A stretch of 63,959 nucleotides of DNA, counting the filler, from Collodictyon triciliatum (lineage: Eukaryota), in assembly GCA_043381765.1 (NCBI GenBank). It is 4 parts of 4 records of this genome, joined end to end, with 100 filler letters (N's around TTAATTAATTAA, not from the genome) between each part and the next. Parts side by side here need not be neighbours in the genome. Positions count along the whole stretch, not along the records: positions 1 to 22,512 come from JBHJMP010001146.1; 3 more parts are not named here. One strand, written 5' to 3'. Shown here piece after piece: positions 1-12,977 of the stretch. The notes below the pieces were generated by a model. The model saw only the letters and a program-made list of their open reading frames with translations. It searched no databases and was not told the DNA's origin. Both the position numbers and the translations under genes were made by a program. Position 1 is the stretch's first letter. Each line of letters begins with the position of its first letter.

Positions 1-117
1 AAAAGATAAAAAGATAAAAAGATAAAAAGATAAAAAGATAAAAAGATAAAAAGATAAAAAGATAAAAAGATAAAAAGATAAAAAGATAAAAAGATAAAAG
101 ATAAAAGATAAAAAAGA
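1..117. repeat. (AAAAAGAT)n simple repeat
   Basis: Directly visible ~8-nt tandem unit at the window start. Confidence 0.95.
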
Positions 118-584
118 TCGAATGCCCCGGCACCAAGAAAAGTGCCACAAATCCTGTGCAAACCTCTTCATCTTGTCTGAAGTCTGGAAGAGACAGAGCC
201 GAACTGACGGTTGTGGAGATCGAGCCTCGATTCATGGCACGCATTATGTCCGAAGCGCTTCCTTCCTGCTCTTTCTGATGCCTGTAAAAGCGCGTGGGCA
301 GGTCGTTTGTTAGGACATAATTGACAGGCAGACAGAGTAGCCACCCTTACGATGGTTTTGCATGGTGACGTGAGACTTTCATACCCACAGCAAAGCAAAG
401 CGAGACGAGACACAAGGACTTATTTTTATAGAACAACGCGAAGAAGCGCTTCGGTTCAAGGCAAATGGAGACAGATAAGCGCGCGATGTAAACGCTACTG
501 ATTCAAGAAAGTGTCGAAAGAAGGAAACATAGTCTCGCAAAACGGAGGGCAGCTCCAAAACGGGAGGTCGAGGGCGGAATGCAG

Positions 585-2293
585 TCACAAGATTAGTGGC
601 GGCAGCGAGAAGATTAGAACAACAAAGGAAAGCAGCGCAGAGAGCAGAATCGGCGCCTCCACGGAGAGCGCCAAAAGATAACCCCCGAGAACTGGACACA
701 CAACAGCGGCCACTGCATCGGGGACTTCAAAGAGCGCCATCTGCCGCCCGATTTGCTTTGGTGACACTTTGGCGTTTGCGTCTGCAGAGGGACTGGACGA
801 GTCACCCAGGCAAGGTTGGAGGCTGTGGCTCAGTTCTGGTGCGGCCCCGTCATATGCGCGCAGGACACACTTGACTCTTGGAGGATGATGGGTGGCTGCA
901 TCTGCTTCTCCTGTCTCAAGGTCATTTTCATGGTGAGAAGGCTTGTGATGGTAGTGCGTAGTCAGGGCTGAAGATGCCTGGATGAAACGCGACACCAGAG
1001 CCTGACGCAAAAGTGTTGCCGCAAGCGAGGCTGGAAAAACCAACAAGAGCACACGATAAAGAGATGGTGCGAGGCCGATCAAAAGGTAGACGAGGAACAT
1101 CGAAAACGACGCCACAGGAATCAGAACCTCGTCCGTGATTGGGACGGTGACGCGCGAGGTTGTTGCGTGCGTAAGCAGGGCCAGAAAGGAGGCACACGCA
1201 CTGAAGATACGCAGCCCATCTGGCTCCAGTCCGTACTTCCTGCGGACCACAGACGGCAGCCACGCTCGGATCATGCCCCAAGCCATGGAGGAGAAACTGC
1301 GCAGTGTGTAGAGCATTCCTAGAGATATCTCTTGCGAGGCCGTTGCGCGGCGCTGATTGTTCGCATAGGAGGCATGTGATGGTCTGCGCGGCTTGCATTC
1401 CCCAAGGTCATTTGGGATTGCATCATACATGAATGCAACGAAGGCAGCACTGCACAAAAGAATGACTGAGCATAGGTTGGCGGCCGACGGGAAGTCCTTC
1501 CTACATCAAATATGTTAGCATGACCACTTACCGGATGTTACCACCGTCGAGAGTAATGTACAATCCAAAGGAAAAAGTGTACAGAAGAATAAACAAAATC
1601 TTCTTTTTGAGATAAAAGCAGGGGAAAGGAAAGGAAACTGCTACGCGGTGTGCCCCAACGCATTCCCTAATATCGGCCCGATAGTGAGCCCCGCATACAT
1701 GGCAAAGTCGAGCTTGGCCACCTGCACGGACGATTCCGCCTTAATCGCTGAGACATCCATAGCATTCAAGAAACACACATCAAAGAAGATTACAGAACAA
1801 GATGACAACAGTAATCACAGTACTTAAAAATAAAATAAAGTAGACAGAGTATCAAGAAGAGACGGAAATGGCCGAGGTAAAAAAAAACCTGAAGCCGAGC
1901 ATGTGCAATAGGAGACGAGCGAAGTAGAATTATCTGTGCGATGGTGTGCGTGTTTTTGAGGAGACCAACTGCTGCTCGGGCCAGCAGGAAAAGAGGGAAG
2001 GACGGAGCCTTTGCAAGCAGCGCATACGCAACAGACCCGCCGAGCAGCGACCCCGCAAAAGCACGCTGCGGCGGAAACGCATCGGCAAAGGCTCCAACAA
2101 GCGGGCTGCAAAGAGCCTGCGTTGCGCCCCACGCGGCAATGATGAAACCCTCCCGCGCAGCCGTGAGACCGAACCGCTCCGCCACATAGAACGGCAGCAG
2201 CGGAATCACAAGTCCCACACCCAAAAAGTCCAGAAAGACCCCAGCAAGAATCACTTGCGACCCACAAAGCCGCACACTCGGCGATGAAGACAT
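585..2293 (-). CDS. Major facilitator superfamily transporter (MFSD9/SLC22A18/TetA-like), 3 exons: 2293-1889, ~1723-1647, 1500-585
   Basis: Spliced translation MSSSPSVRLCGSQVILAGVFLDFLGVGLVIPLLPFYV...SPLVGAFADAF...LLARAAVGLLKNTHTIAQ...|VAKLDFAMYAGLTIGPILG...|KDFPSAANL...VCPVLGGYLL. It shows DHA1-type TM1, a motif-A-like loop and GP.LG in TM5. Both GT-AG introns keep the frame. Confidence 0.85.
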
Positions 2294-3248
2294 TATCTTT
2301 CGCTTGTGCGTATTCTTTCTTTTCTTGCTTTGCTTTGTTGCGCCTCTGCTCTGCTCTGCCCAGCCTTCTCTTTGATTTGGCGGTGTGCTTGTGTGCTTAT
2401 GCAGAGAGCAAACAAAGGAAAGAGCGTCTCTGGACAGAACCTGAGAGAGCCGCACGTCCGCAGACTCACAATGGCAACGCGTCTTGCGCTCTGCTTTCTG
2501 TCCTTTGCGCAACCGCCGTTTTCGTGCGGGTTTGTCAGGATTCCGATTTATTCGATTTGTTGGGTCTCTTATTCTCTTTTTTTTTCTTTTTTCTTTTGTC
2601 TTGCGTTTCACGGTATGGGGTGTGTGCGTTCCCGTAGAATATGCGATGCAGAGTGGAATGGAAAGGAGGAAGGGAGTGTAAAAAAAGTAATAAAAAGACG
2701 TATCAGGGCAAAAGTGAGCTTTTTTTTTTTTNNNNNNNNNNNNNNNNNNNNNNNNNNNNNNNNNNNNNNNNNNNNNNNNNNNNNNNNNNNNNNNNNNNNN
2801 NNNNNNNNNNNNNNNNNNNNNNNNNNNNNNNNNNNNNNNNNNNNNNNNNNNNNNNNNNNNNNNNNNNNNNNNNNNNNNNNNNNNNNNNNNNNNNNNNNNN
2901 NNNNNNNNNNNNNNNNNNNNNNNNNNNNNNNNNNNNNNNNNNNNNNNNNNNNNNNNNNNNNNNNNNNNNNNNNNNNNNNNNNNNNNNNNNNNNNNNNNNN
3001 NNNNNNNNNNNNNNNNNNNNNNNNNNNNNNNNNNNNNNNNNNNNNNNNNNNNNNNNNNNNNNNNNNNNNNNNNNNNNNNNNNNNNNNNNNNNNNNNNNNN
3101 NNNNNNNNNNNNNNNNNNNNNNNNNNNNNNNNNNNNNNNNNNNNNNNNNNNNNNNNNNNNNNNNNNNNNNNNNNNNNNNNNNNNNNNNNNNNNNNNNNNN
3201 NNNNNNNNNNNNNNNNNNNNNNNNNNNNNNNNNNAAAAAAGCAATTAC

Positions 3249-5149
3249 TTCTGCGCGAAGAAGGAAAATCCTCCATTGAATAGAGATTCAGTACTTCCAG
3301 AATTTTTTCTGTTGAAATAATAAATTGATATAATAAACTATATTTTCTTTCTAAAAGAAAAAAGAAGACGTAAGCATGTACGTTGGCACAGTGTAATAGA
3401 GTACCGATCATCAGTGTCCACATAAATTTGGGTGATTAATTGTTCAAAGCCGCTGGCTGTGTTGGATGACTCTACCATGTCGCTCATCACAAGGCGAAAG
3501 ACGATGTGTTTATGGTCCACCAAAAGCTATATAAGGTTTGTTTATCTCAGTTTCTGCATAATTTATCAAGATAAACACAAACGAGTAGTCACAACAAATA
3601 GATACCTCAACAGAGATTATATCGAATAGAGATGGGTTGAAACCAGGACCAAGGTCAACATCTCGATAATCACTGCAAAATAATATAATCCTCATTAGTG
3701 TGGAGATATGTTCCTTTTGAAGTGGATTAAGTTCATTTTGTGCAATTTTTGTAGTTTATTGACGAAAAAACCAAAATGTCGAACCGAGGTGGGTCTTGTA
3801 GTGAAAATATGCTGCTTGCTGGGTATATTTCGTAACCGACTGGATGCACGTAGGTGATTGCTCCGCTTATGTAAGCATCGAACGTTTTCCTTTTATTGTA
3901 ACCCTGATATGCTAAGAAATCTGTCGCCTAAGGGTGATGGAATAAGTATCATAATTCAACTATAATGGATTCGGTAAGGTATGCTCTTAAAGCTGAATGA
4001 ATGATTTACACCTGTGTTTCCAATCGCCTGTCTGCACCTCCGCCAAGGTTATATTGGGTTTCCTTAGCCCTAACATCTCGAAATTCTCCAAAACTCTCAG
4101 ATCCACACCAGACAGTATAGGCCCATTTTTTAGAAGGAATACCTATCTTTTTATTAATGAGAAATGTCACTTCAGAGAAATTAGCTTGTTTAAATAAATC
4201 TGAGGAGATATATATATATGATGTTCTATAATATTTTAAGAGACGAAAAATAGCGGTTATTTCACGGGAATATCTTTTTCTTTTTATTTTATTTTGTTTT
4301 GTTTTGTTTTGTTTTGTTTTGTTTTATTTTATTTTATTTTATTTTATTTTATTTTATTTTATTTTATTTTATNNNNNNNNNNTTATTTTATTTTATTTTA
4401 TTTTATTTTATTTTATTTTATTTTATTTTATTTCCTTTTTCGTTTTCGTTTTCTTTTTATTTTATTTTATTTCTTTTCCTTTATTTCTTGAATATAACAA
4501 CAATACCAGATGAAGTGGTACAGGAACACTAATGAGGTAGCCTATAGCCTGTTATTATTCCTTAATAAAAAAAAATACTGACCTTATAGCCCGGGTGATA
4601 TTTTGGTAATATTTTTTGGCTTATATATTAATTAAAACTCACACTAGGAGTAAGGGGAGTTCCTTTCTGTTCTACGCGTGAAGAATTTTGGACGAAACTT
4701 ATATGAGCAATCCAACCAGTGAAATATATTGTAAATTCGTAGGGTGCTTCGTCTGTCAAGAAAGTATTCGCACGGTAAGAATAATCCTTAGGGTCTACAG
4801 ACCCGCTTCCAAATCTTCGGTCAGTATCAACAAATATTTGGCATATTTGATGAGAAAATCCTATGTTTTAAGAAAAAAATGTTGTCAGTCGATTAGTTAA
4901 TCAAATTACATATCATGTATATAAAAAAAAAGAAGCAAATTTAAATTATTATATAGTCAGACCGAAGGGAGCAGAGTATGTATTGGTCGAATTCCGGAAT
5001 AAGACTTCGAAGTAAGCTGACGTGCTGTCGTGACTAACATTAAACTGCAATATGTCAAAAAGACCAGGAATGAAAACTGGCTCGGTGGGGTATATCCAAC
5101 CCTCGTCTTTAGCAGGGTCTACATGGCTGTAGATAGGTTGCCTATCAAC
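3249..5149 (-). CDS. Partial gene with two tandem glucodextranase/amylopullulanase C-terminal DOMON-like domains; at least 8 exons, both ends run into N gaps
   Basis: Exons: 5149-4963 VDRQPIYSHVDPAKDEGWIYPTEPVFIPGLFDILQFNVSHDSTSAYFEVLFRNSTNTYSAPF; 4860-~4645 GFSHQICQIFVDTDRRFGSGS...PYEFTIYFTGW; ~4142-4012 GIPSKKWAYTVWCGSESFGEFRDVRAKETQYNLGGG; ~3928-3785 ATDFLAY...IFSLQDPPR; ~3672-3606 DYRDVDLGPGFNPSLFDIISVE; 3526-3405 ...SGFEQLITQIYVDTDDR; 3308-3249 KNSGSTESLF. The splice phases I checked are compatible with GT-AG; the small exons at ~4500-4640 are approximate. Confidence 0.75.
4290..4431. repeat. (TTTTG)n/(TTTTA)n intronic microsatellite containing a short N run
   Basis: Directly visible. 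Confidence 0.95.
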
Positions 5150-6886
5150 CTAAATAGGCAAAATGTTTAATTGACATTTTTGGTTTCTACTTTCAGTTGA
5201 CTTGAATGGTTCTTTTTAATCAATTTGTCAAGTTATTTATGATNNNNNNNNNNNNNNNNNNNNNNNNNNNNNNNNNNNNNNNNNNNNNNNNNNNNNNNNN
5301 NNNNNNNNNNNNNNNNNNNNNNNNNNNNNNNNNNNNNNNNNNNNNNNNNNNNNNNNNNNNNNNNNNNNNNNNNNNNNNNNNNNNNNNNNNNNNNNNNNNN
5401 NNNNNNNNNNNNNNNNNNNNNNNNNNNNNNNNNNNNNNNNNNNNNNNNNNNNNNNNNNNNNNNNNNNNNNNNNNNNNNNNNNNNNNNNNNNNNNNNNNNN
5501 NNNNNNNNNNNNNNNNNNNNNNNNNNNNNNNNNNNNNNNNNNNNNNNNNNNNNNNNNNNNNNNNNNNNNNNNNNNNNNNNNNNNNNNNNNNNNNNNNNNN
5601 NNNNNNNNNNNNNNNNNNNNNNNNNNNNNNNNNNNNNNNNNNNNNNNNNNNNNNNNNNNNNNNNNNNNNNNNNNNNNNNNNNNNNNNNNNNNNNNNNNNN
5701 NNNNNNNNNNNNNNNNNNNNNNNNNNNNNNGAAAATACGTTACCTACCGCACAGCACAATTAGGGGATGGAATAATCACTTGTTATTTCATTCCATTTAT
5801 TTATACATTGCACACAAATATTAGCAACTCAAACAGCCTCACATTTTCCCATCGAACAAATATATATTGAGCTGATCAGTTATTGCTATAAACAATTTGA
5901 TTGACTTGATAAGATTGATTATGAACTAATTGATGCTCGAATCAAAATATTTGCTTGATCGTGAAGCATTTTATTGCAAGATGGATTTAAACTTGCCGCT
6001 AGCACTCGACTCAGCTACACAGCAAAAGGACAGAAAATTAAACGAAATATTAAAGTCTGGAGATCGCCTTGCCAAAACAACCACATACAACAGGCATCAT
6101 GTGATTTTGAGGGCGAGTGATTATTTTTTTTATTATTATTCCTTCTTTTATATATATAGATTTTTTGGGGTGTTTAGTTACAGTAGACCTACAACAGTAC
6201 GCAACCAAGAGCCGAGAAGCTTGCCAGCATCTGCGCATTCTTGGACAATTCAAAATAGTCTACAAGTGCAGTTCTTTGGCAAGGTTGTGGTGACGGGAAT
6301 TTCAACATTGTTTGCTTTCGAACGGGCGTCGTGTACGCCCTGCTTAGCCATATATGGAAAAGACTTTATCTCACATAGTGTAGGAAATCACATAAGTATG
6401 TATTTATGCATTAATTATTGTATTTGTGGATATTATAAGTGTAATTTAATTTTTTCATATAAATTCCGTATTAGATTAACGGAATCTATATATGAAACGA
6501 TTCACTGAATTTCGACCAAGGCAGAAGTTCTGCTTGGGTGAGCTTTCCAATCAAGCAAGTCAATTGGTTTTTGCGCTTGCGCACATCGAGCCATTAAGCG
6601 GAGGAAGCCATCGAACAATAATATGCTGGTAGGGATATGGCTCGCTGACGCGCGTAGTTTGCTTTTAATATTTTTTTATAGAAGTCGGAATGAGAATACT
6701 GATAAGAAATTAAACGTGCAAACACTTGGAAGTCTGGTGAGAGAGGATGCCAATAAGAATGGCCGCACACCGATCAACTGCCCCAGTCTCTTTTGTTCCC
6801 GGCCCCAACCCGAGATGAAACAAAATGCAGTTTTTTTTTTTTTTTGTTTCTTGCAGCACAAGTTAACAAATTCAGGAACCAAGAAG

Positions 6887-9813
6887 ATGGTGGAGCCGGA
6901 GCAGCCTCGTAGTCTGTTTTTCCAGCCGGATATTAGTATTGTAGACTCGATCACCTCGGAGCAAAAGAAAACTCGCGGACAGAATCCTCAGCTTCTTGCA
7001 ATCACATTCGCTTCTCTCACCATGGAGGGTGACCTACTTTCAAAAAATGGGGAATATGGACGTGCAGTGCAGTCATACACAAAGGTATTTGGCCCACTTA
7101 AACCACTCCCCTCGTCTCTATCCCTCCTATTTGCTTTCATAAGGCAGGACTCAGCTTGATGGGAAGTATGGACAGAAGCAGAGAATTCCCATAAATTAAT
7201 TCTTTTCAGGATCCTACTGATCTTTAATGACTGTGGATCGCTATTAACTCTTCTGATAGTATTAAAAATAAAGAAAAAGTTAATTGGAGTTGAAAAAGAT
7301 TGAATGATTCCATCCGACACTGTAAGATATACCGCCCGGTCAGATACGGTGGAAAGCGGCACTTGACAACTATATTTATTTTGACATAGATTTTCGATCA
7401 TGAATGCATTAAAAAAAAAAGAACAACTTTAGGCTCTTGATATGCGAAATGGAGATCGTGCAACTCTGGTCTCCAGGAGCAGGTGCTACATGCTCATGGG
7501 AAAAAACGAGCTGGCCTTGAAAGATGCTGACCGGTCCTTAGAAGGAGAAAGGACGTACGTGAAGGTTAGGGTTTGATTCTGTGTGGCAGGCTATCTCTCG
7601 TCAGTATCAATGCATCTATTCATGCTTTGCTCACTATAGTATTCACAACGTAATTAAAAAATCAGGGAGTTCTGCAGAAAGCTGAGTCGCATTTTTACGC
7701 CGGCGATTTCGAGCAGGCCCTGATGTTTTATCATCGAGGAGGGAAAATTAGGCCTGATATGGAGGAATTCAGACTTGGAATACAAAAATCCAAAGAGGCT
7801 ATTGACGATGCTCTGTGTATGATTCACATGTGACTATATTTTCTCCCTGATTCACTCTTCCTATGAACTCTGTGTAGGCGGTCCTTTCTTCAATCGATTA
7901 CATCGCTTATATATGTATATGACTCCATTAAATCATCTTCAGTCGGACCTATCAAGGACCCGGGGTCACCCTCTACAAAACTTGCGCTGTCTTTCAATCG
8001 GAACAGTCAGTCCTCTATTAACATGGATTCTTCCCGAAGACCGCAATCAACAAAGAGCTCTACCTTGACATCATATGGCCCGACCACCTCCCAAAAGTCT
8101 ATATCAGGGAAATCCACCAACAGCCGCCCAAAAACTCTTCAATCATCTATCGACTTCCGAACATCTCGAATGGCCAATCTTGTACCAGTCCCGCCCTCAT
8201 CGTCTTCGTCGAGTAGAAAATTATTAGGAAAGCTGTACGATGATAAAAAGTATCTGGAGGAATTTCTTCGAGATACATGTAATTCATTTCCTTTCCTTCT
8301 AAATAATAAGTCCTTATTTGCTTCCTAATTGTATTGTTTGCGCCACGTTGATATCTTTCTCAACTCGTTCAATCGCTACGAAATATAAAGCTTCGAAGAA
8401 GAGTGATGGACTTCAAAACTTGGCAGAAACCGGCCTAAAGTACCTTGACAAAAGAGAAGACTTTTGGAGGCAACAGAACGCAGTAGATAATGAACGGCAA
8501 CTTTCACCGCCTCAACGACCAACTTCTGCGTATGTGGTGGACTACTTGGTAAGAACTGACGAGAGGTCAAATACCAAGCTTATTATGAGAAATGCCAGTC
8601 AAGGCACTTTTCAGAGCGGATTGGGGAGCATGTCCCAGGCCTCTTTTTCAGCTCCTTCTTTGCCTGCATTACGACCTGGCAGCTCAGGTCAAGGAACTCG
8701 ACCTAAATCAGGACAACCGAGTCATCCCATGGATTCCGGGGTCGTCACAGAAAGTGAAACTTATCACATCCCTCGGAGGCCTCAATCTCACAAGCCTTCC
8801 AGGCCCACAAATCCCAAACATAATCAAAACAAGATCCGCTACATCGAGGAGAGTCAAGTTGCTGTTCACACGATTCAGTTTATGTCTAAAGGTAATAACG
8901 GTGTCATATTTCTTGTATTTCATGTAAGAGATGGATGATTAAAATTATTTTTTTTAGAGAACAGCATCTTATATCCTTTTAAACCTAGTATACAGTTGGT
9001 TTCTTGCACTCATGATTATTCTCTCTTTTTTTCTCTTTTTTTCCTTTATTATTTTCTCATATGTTCACACTTTGGATAGCGTTTGCTTCTGGTGACTCGA
9101 ATGCAGCTGTGAGAGCTGCCCGAGAATTCCTTGTTCAAGTCCCATCTCTGGACATCCCCGACAAGCCCAGGATTGTTGGAAGTATCTTCTATCACTTGGG
9201 GAAGGGCTTTATTGAGCAAGAAAATTACGCCCTAAGTGTTGTGTATCTCCAGAAAGACCTTGAGATAGCGGTGGAGTACAACTTTAAAGATGCCATACTT
9301 CGGTCTCTCGGTCAACTTGCCCTCGCCCAGCAGTGTTTGGGGAATTCGAGTCGCGCCATTTCTATATTCAAGAAGAAGCTGGAGCTTGCACCCGAGGCTG
9401 AGATTCCCCACATATACCTGAGTATCGGTGTCTGCCACAACGACCTCGGAGAGCATTTGGACGGCAGCAAGTATGCTAAAATGTGTCTGGATTGGTTTGA
9501 AACGCGGTCGAACCAAGGAGTCCTTTCGGATTCTGTTGTGTTACAACTCAAAATGCACGCAAATGGGCTTGCAGGCCGTTGCTTGAAAACCCTGGGAAAC
9601 TACAGGGATGCTATAGTGAAGCTGGAAGCATATGCACAGATTGCTGAGAGACTAGAGATTCCATCGGAAATCATCGAAGCCCTCAATCTTCTGTCCGATT
9701 GTCACGGAAAGCTCGGCAACTCTTCAAAGCTGGCTGAGCTCAATCAACAACTCTCTGCCACACAACAGACTATTGCAAAGATTCCACGCCCCAAGGAAAA
9801 GAAGCAGAAATAG
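6887..9813 (+). CDS. TTC25: Outer dynein arm docking complex TPR protein TTC25/ODAD4, 6 exons
   Basis: Spliced TFASLTMEGDLLSKNGEYGRAVQSYTK|ALDMRNGDRATLVSRSRCYMLMG...|GVLQKAESHFYAGDFEQALMFYHRGGKIRPDMEEFRLGIQKSKEAI, then LLGKLYDDKKYLEEFL and GLKYLDKREDFWRQQ, which are characteristic of TTC25. C-terminal TPRs lie in 9080-9813. Confidence 0.9.
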
Positions 9814-10418
9814 ACGCTGCTCTCCTGCGCTTTGTCAGGCTCTCTGCTCGTAAAACTGTTTAGCCTCCTGTCTTACTTTTAATTGGACATTTTTTCCACG
9901 GGGAGCCTACCATCTTGTCATAATATAAAGAGAAAGAGAGAGAAAAAAAAAACTTCACCCTAAAGCGCTGTGTGATGTTGTTAATTTTGCCTTCAACTGA
10001 TTCGCAGGGCTGTGTGTGGGAGATGGTGTGGGGTTTGTGAAGCCGCGAACAGAATGTAAATATTCCAGGAATAGAATATTGGTGTGTTTTAATTTCCAGA
10101 AATAGAGTTATGTTATGTTGGACTGTATAACGCTTCTGCTATAACCGAAGCCCCTCTTGTTGATCCTGTGGGGTTTGTGATTCGTGAAGGCAAGGAGGCC
10201 TCTTCAACAAAAGGCTCCGCATAGTCGTCGCATCCTTGAGAACTGATCCAAGTCAAGGTACATAATATGTTGGGGAGTGAGAGGCCGTAGTCGCATTGCA
10301 AGAGAGACAGGCGTTTCCCTATTCTCTTCTCCGTCTTGCAAACACGAAAAGGTGTATTATGTTCAACTGCGGTACATAGATAGATCAACTCGAAACCCCA
10401 AACAAACGCGTCCGCACA

Positions 10419-11885
<1,467 letters not shown>

Positions 11886-12977
11886 NNNNNNNNNNNNNNN
11901 NNNNNNNNNNNNNNNNNNNNNNNNNNNNNNNNNNNNNNNNNNNNNNNNNNNNNNNNNNNNNNNNNNNNNNNNNNNNNNNNNNNNNNNNNNNNNNNNNNNN
12001 NNNNNNNNNNNNNNNNNNNNNNNNNNNNNNNNNNNNNNNNNNNNNNNNNNNNNNNNNNNNNNNNNNNNNNNNNNNNNNNNNNNNNNNNNNNNNNNNNNNN
12101 NNNNNNNNNNNNNNNNNNNNNNNNNNNNNNNNNNNNNNNNNNNNNNNNNNNNNNNNNNNNNNNNNNNNNNNNNNNNNNNNNNNNNNNNNNNNNNNNNNNN
12201 NNNNNNNNNNNNNNNNNNNNNNNNNNNNNNNNNNNNNNNNNNNNNNNNNNNNNNNNNNNNNNNNNNNNNNNNNNNNNNNNNNNNNNNNNNNNNNNNNNNN
12301 NNNNNNNNNNNNNNNNNNNNNNNNNNNNNNNNNNNNNNNNNNNNCTCATCAGACCGAAGACATTCCCCTTTCGCATATTCGGCTCTGCAGAACGGGAAAG
12401 AATGCATGCTCCACTAAACTGGGAAAGAAAAAGAAAGAACAGATGAATTGTCTATCCATAAAATAAAAATATGAAACCTTTGCTTCTGACAACCATCCGC
12501 CCAGCGAGTGATAAAAAAAAAAAATAGATTTAAGAACAAAGCACAGACCCTCAAAGCACTCTTCTGCCCTTCCATCATAAATTGGAAACTAATATGAAAA
12601 TTCAAAAATTCGAAAATTCGAAACACACTTATAACTTCAGAATCATGGTTGCACAAGAAACAACCTCGATTCAAATCGGCGCTATTTGGAGGCAGTCTTG
12701 GATATGATGCGACCAACGTTCAGAATCATAACAAAGAAACGCCGATAAACTCAATCCACAGCAAGAACAACTCAGCTCCAAGATCATCCACTTCCCACGA
12801 CCTCCTTCTCATTCACTGCCCTCTCTCCTTCCCCAGCAAACCTCCATCGTTGGCAATCACCCACCTGCTTCACCCCACAAAAACAACCCCATCCACAACA
12901 AATAAAAAAAAATTTTTAAAAAAAAAACAAAAACAAGCCAAACCTCAATAACTCACTCCCACATCTCCCTAAGAATC

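Noticed and set aside
2608-3283. Long ORFs spanning N runs (also near 5206, 11761, 24780 and 50961)
   Set aside because: They are open only because N codons contain no stops.
3785-3836. Apparent non-canonical intron (GT..CA or TT..AG) in the DOMON gene
   Set aside because: The exon continues to CCT CG|GTTCG, giving a normal phase-2 GT-AG intron.
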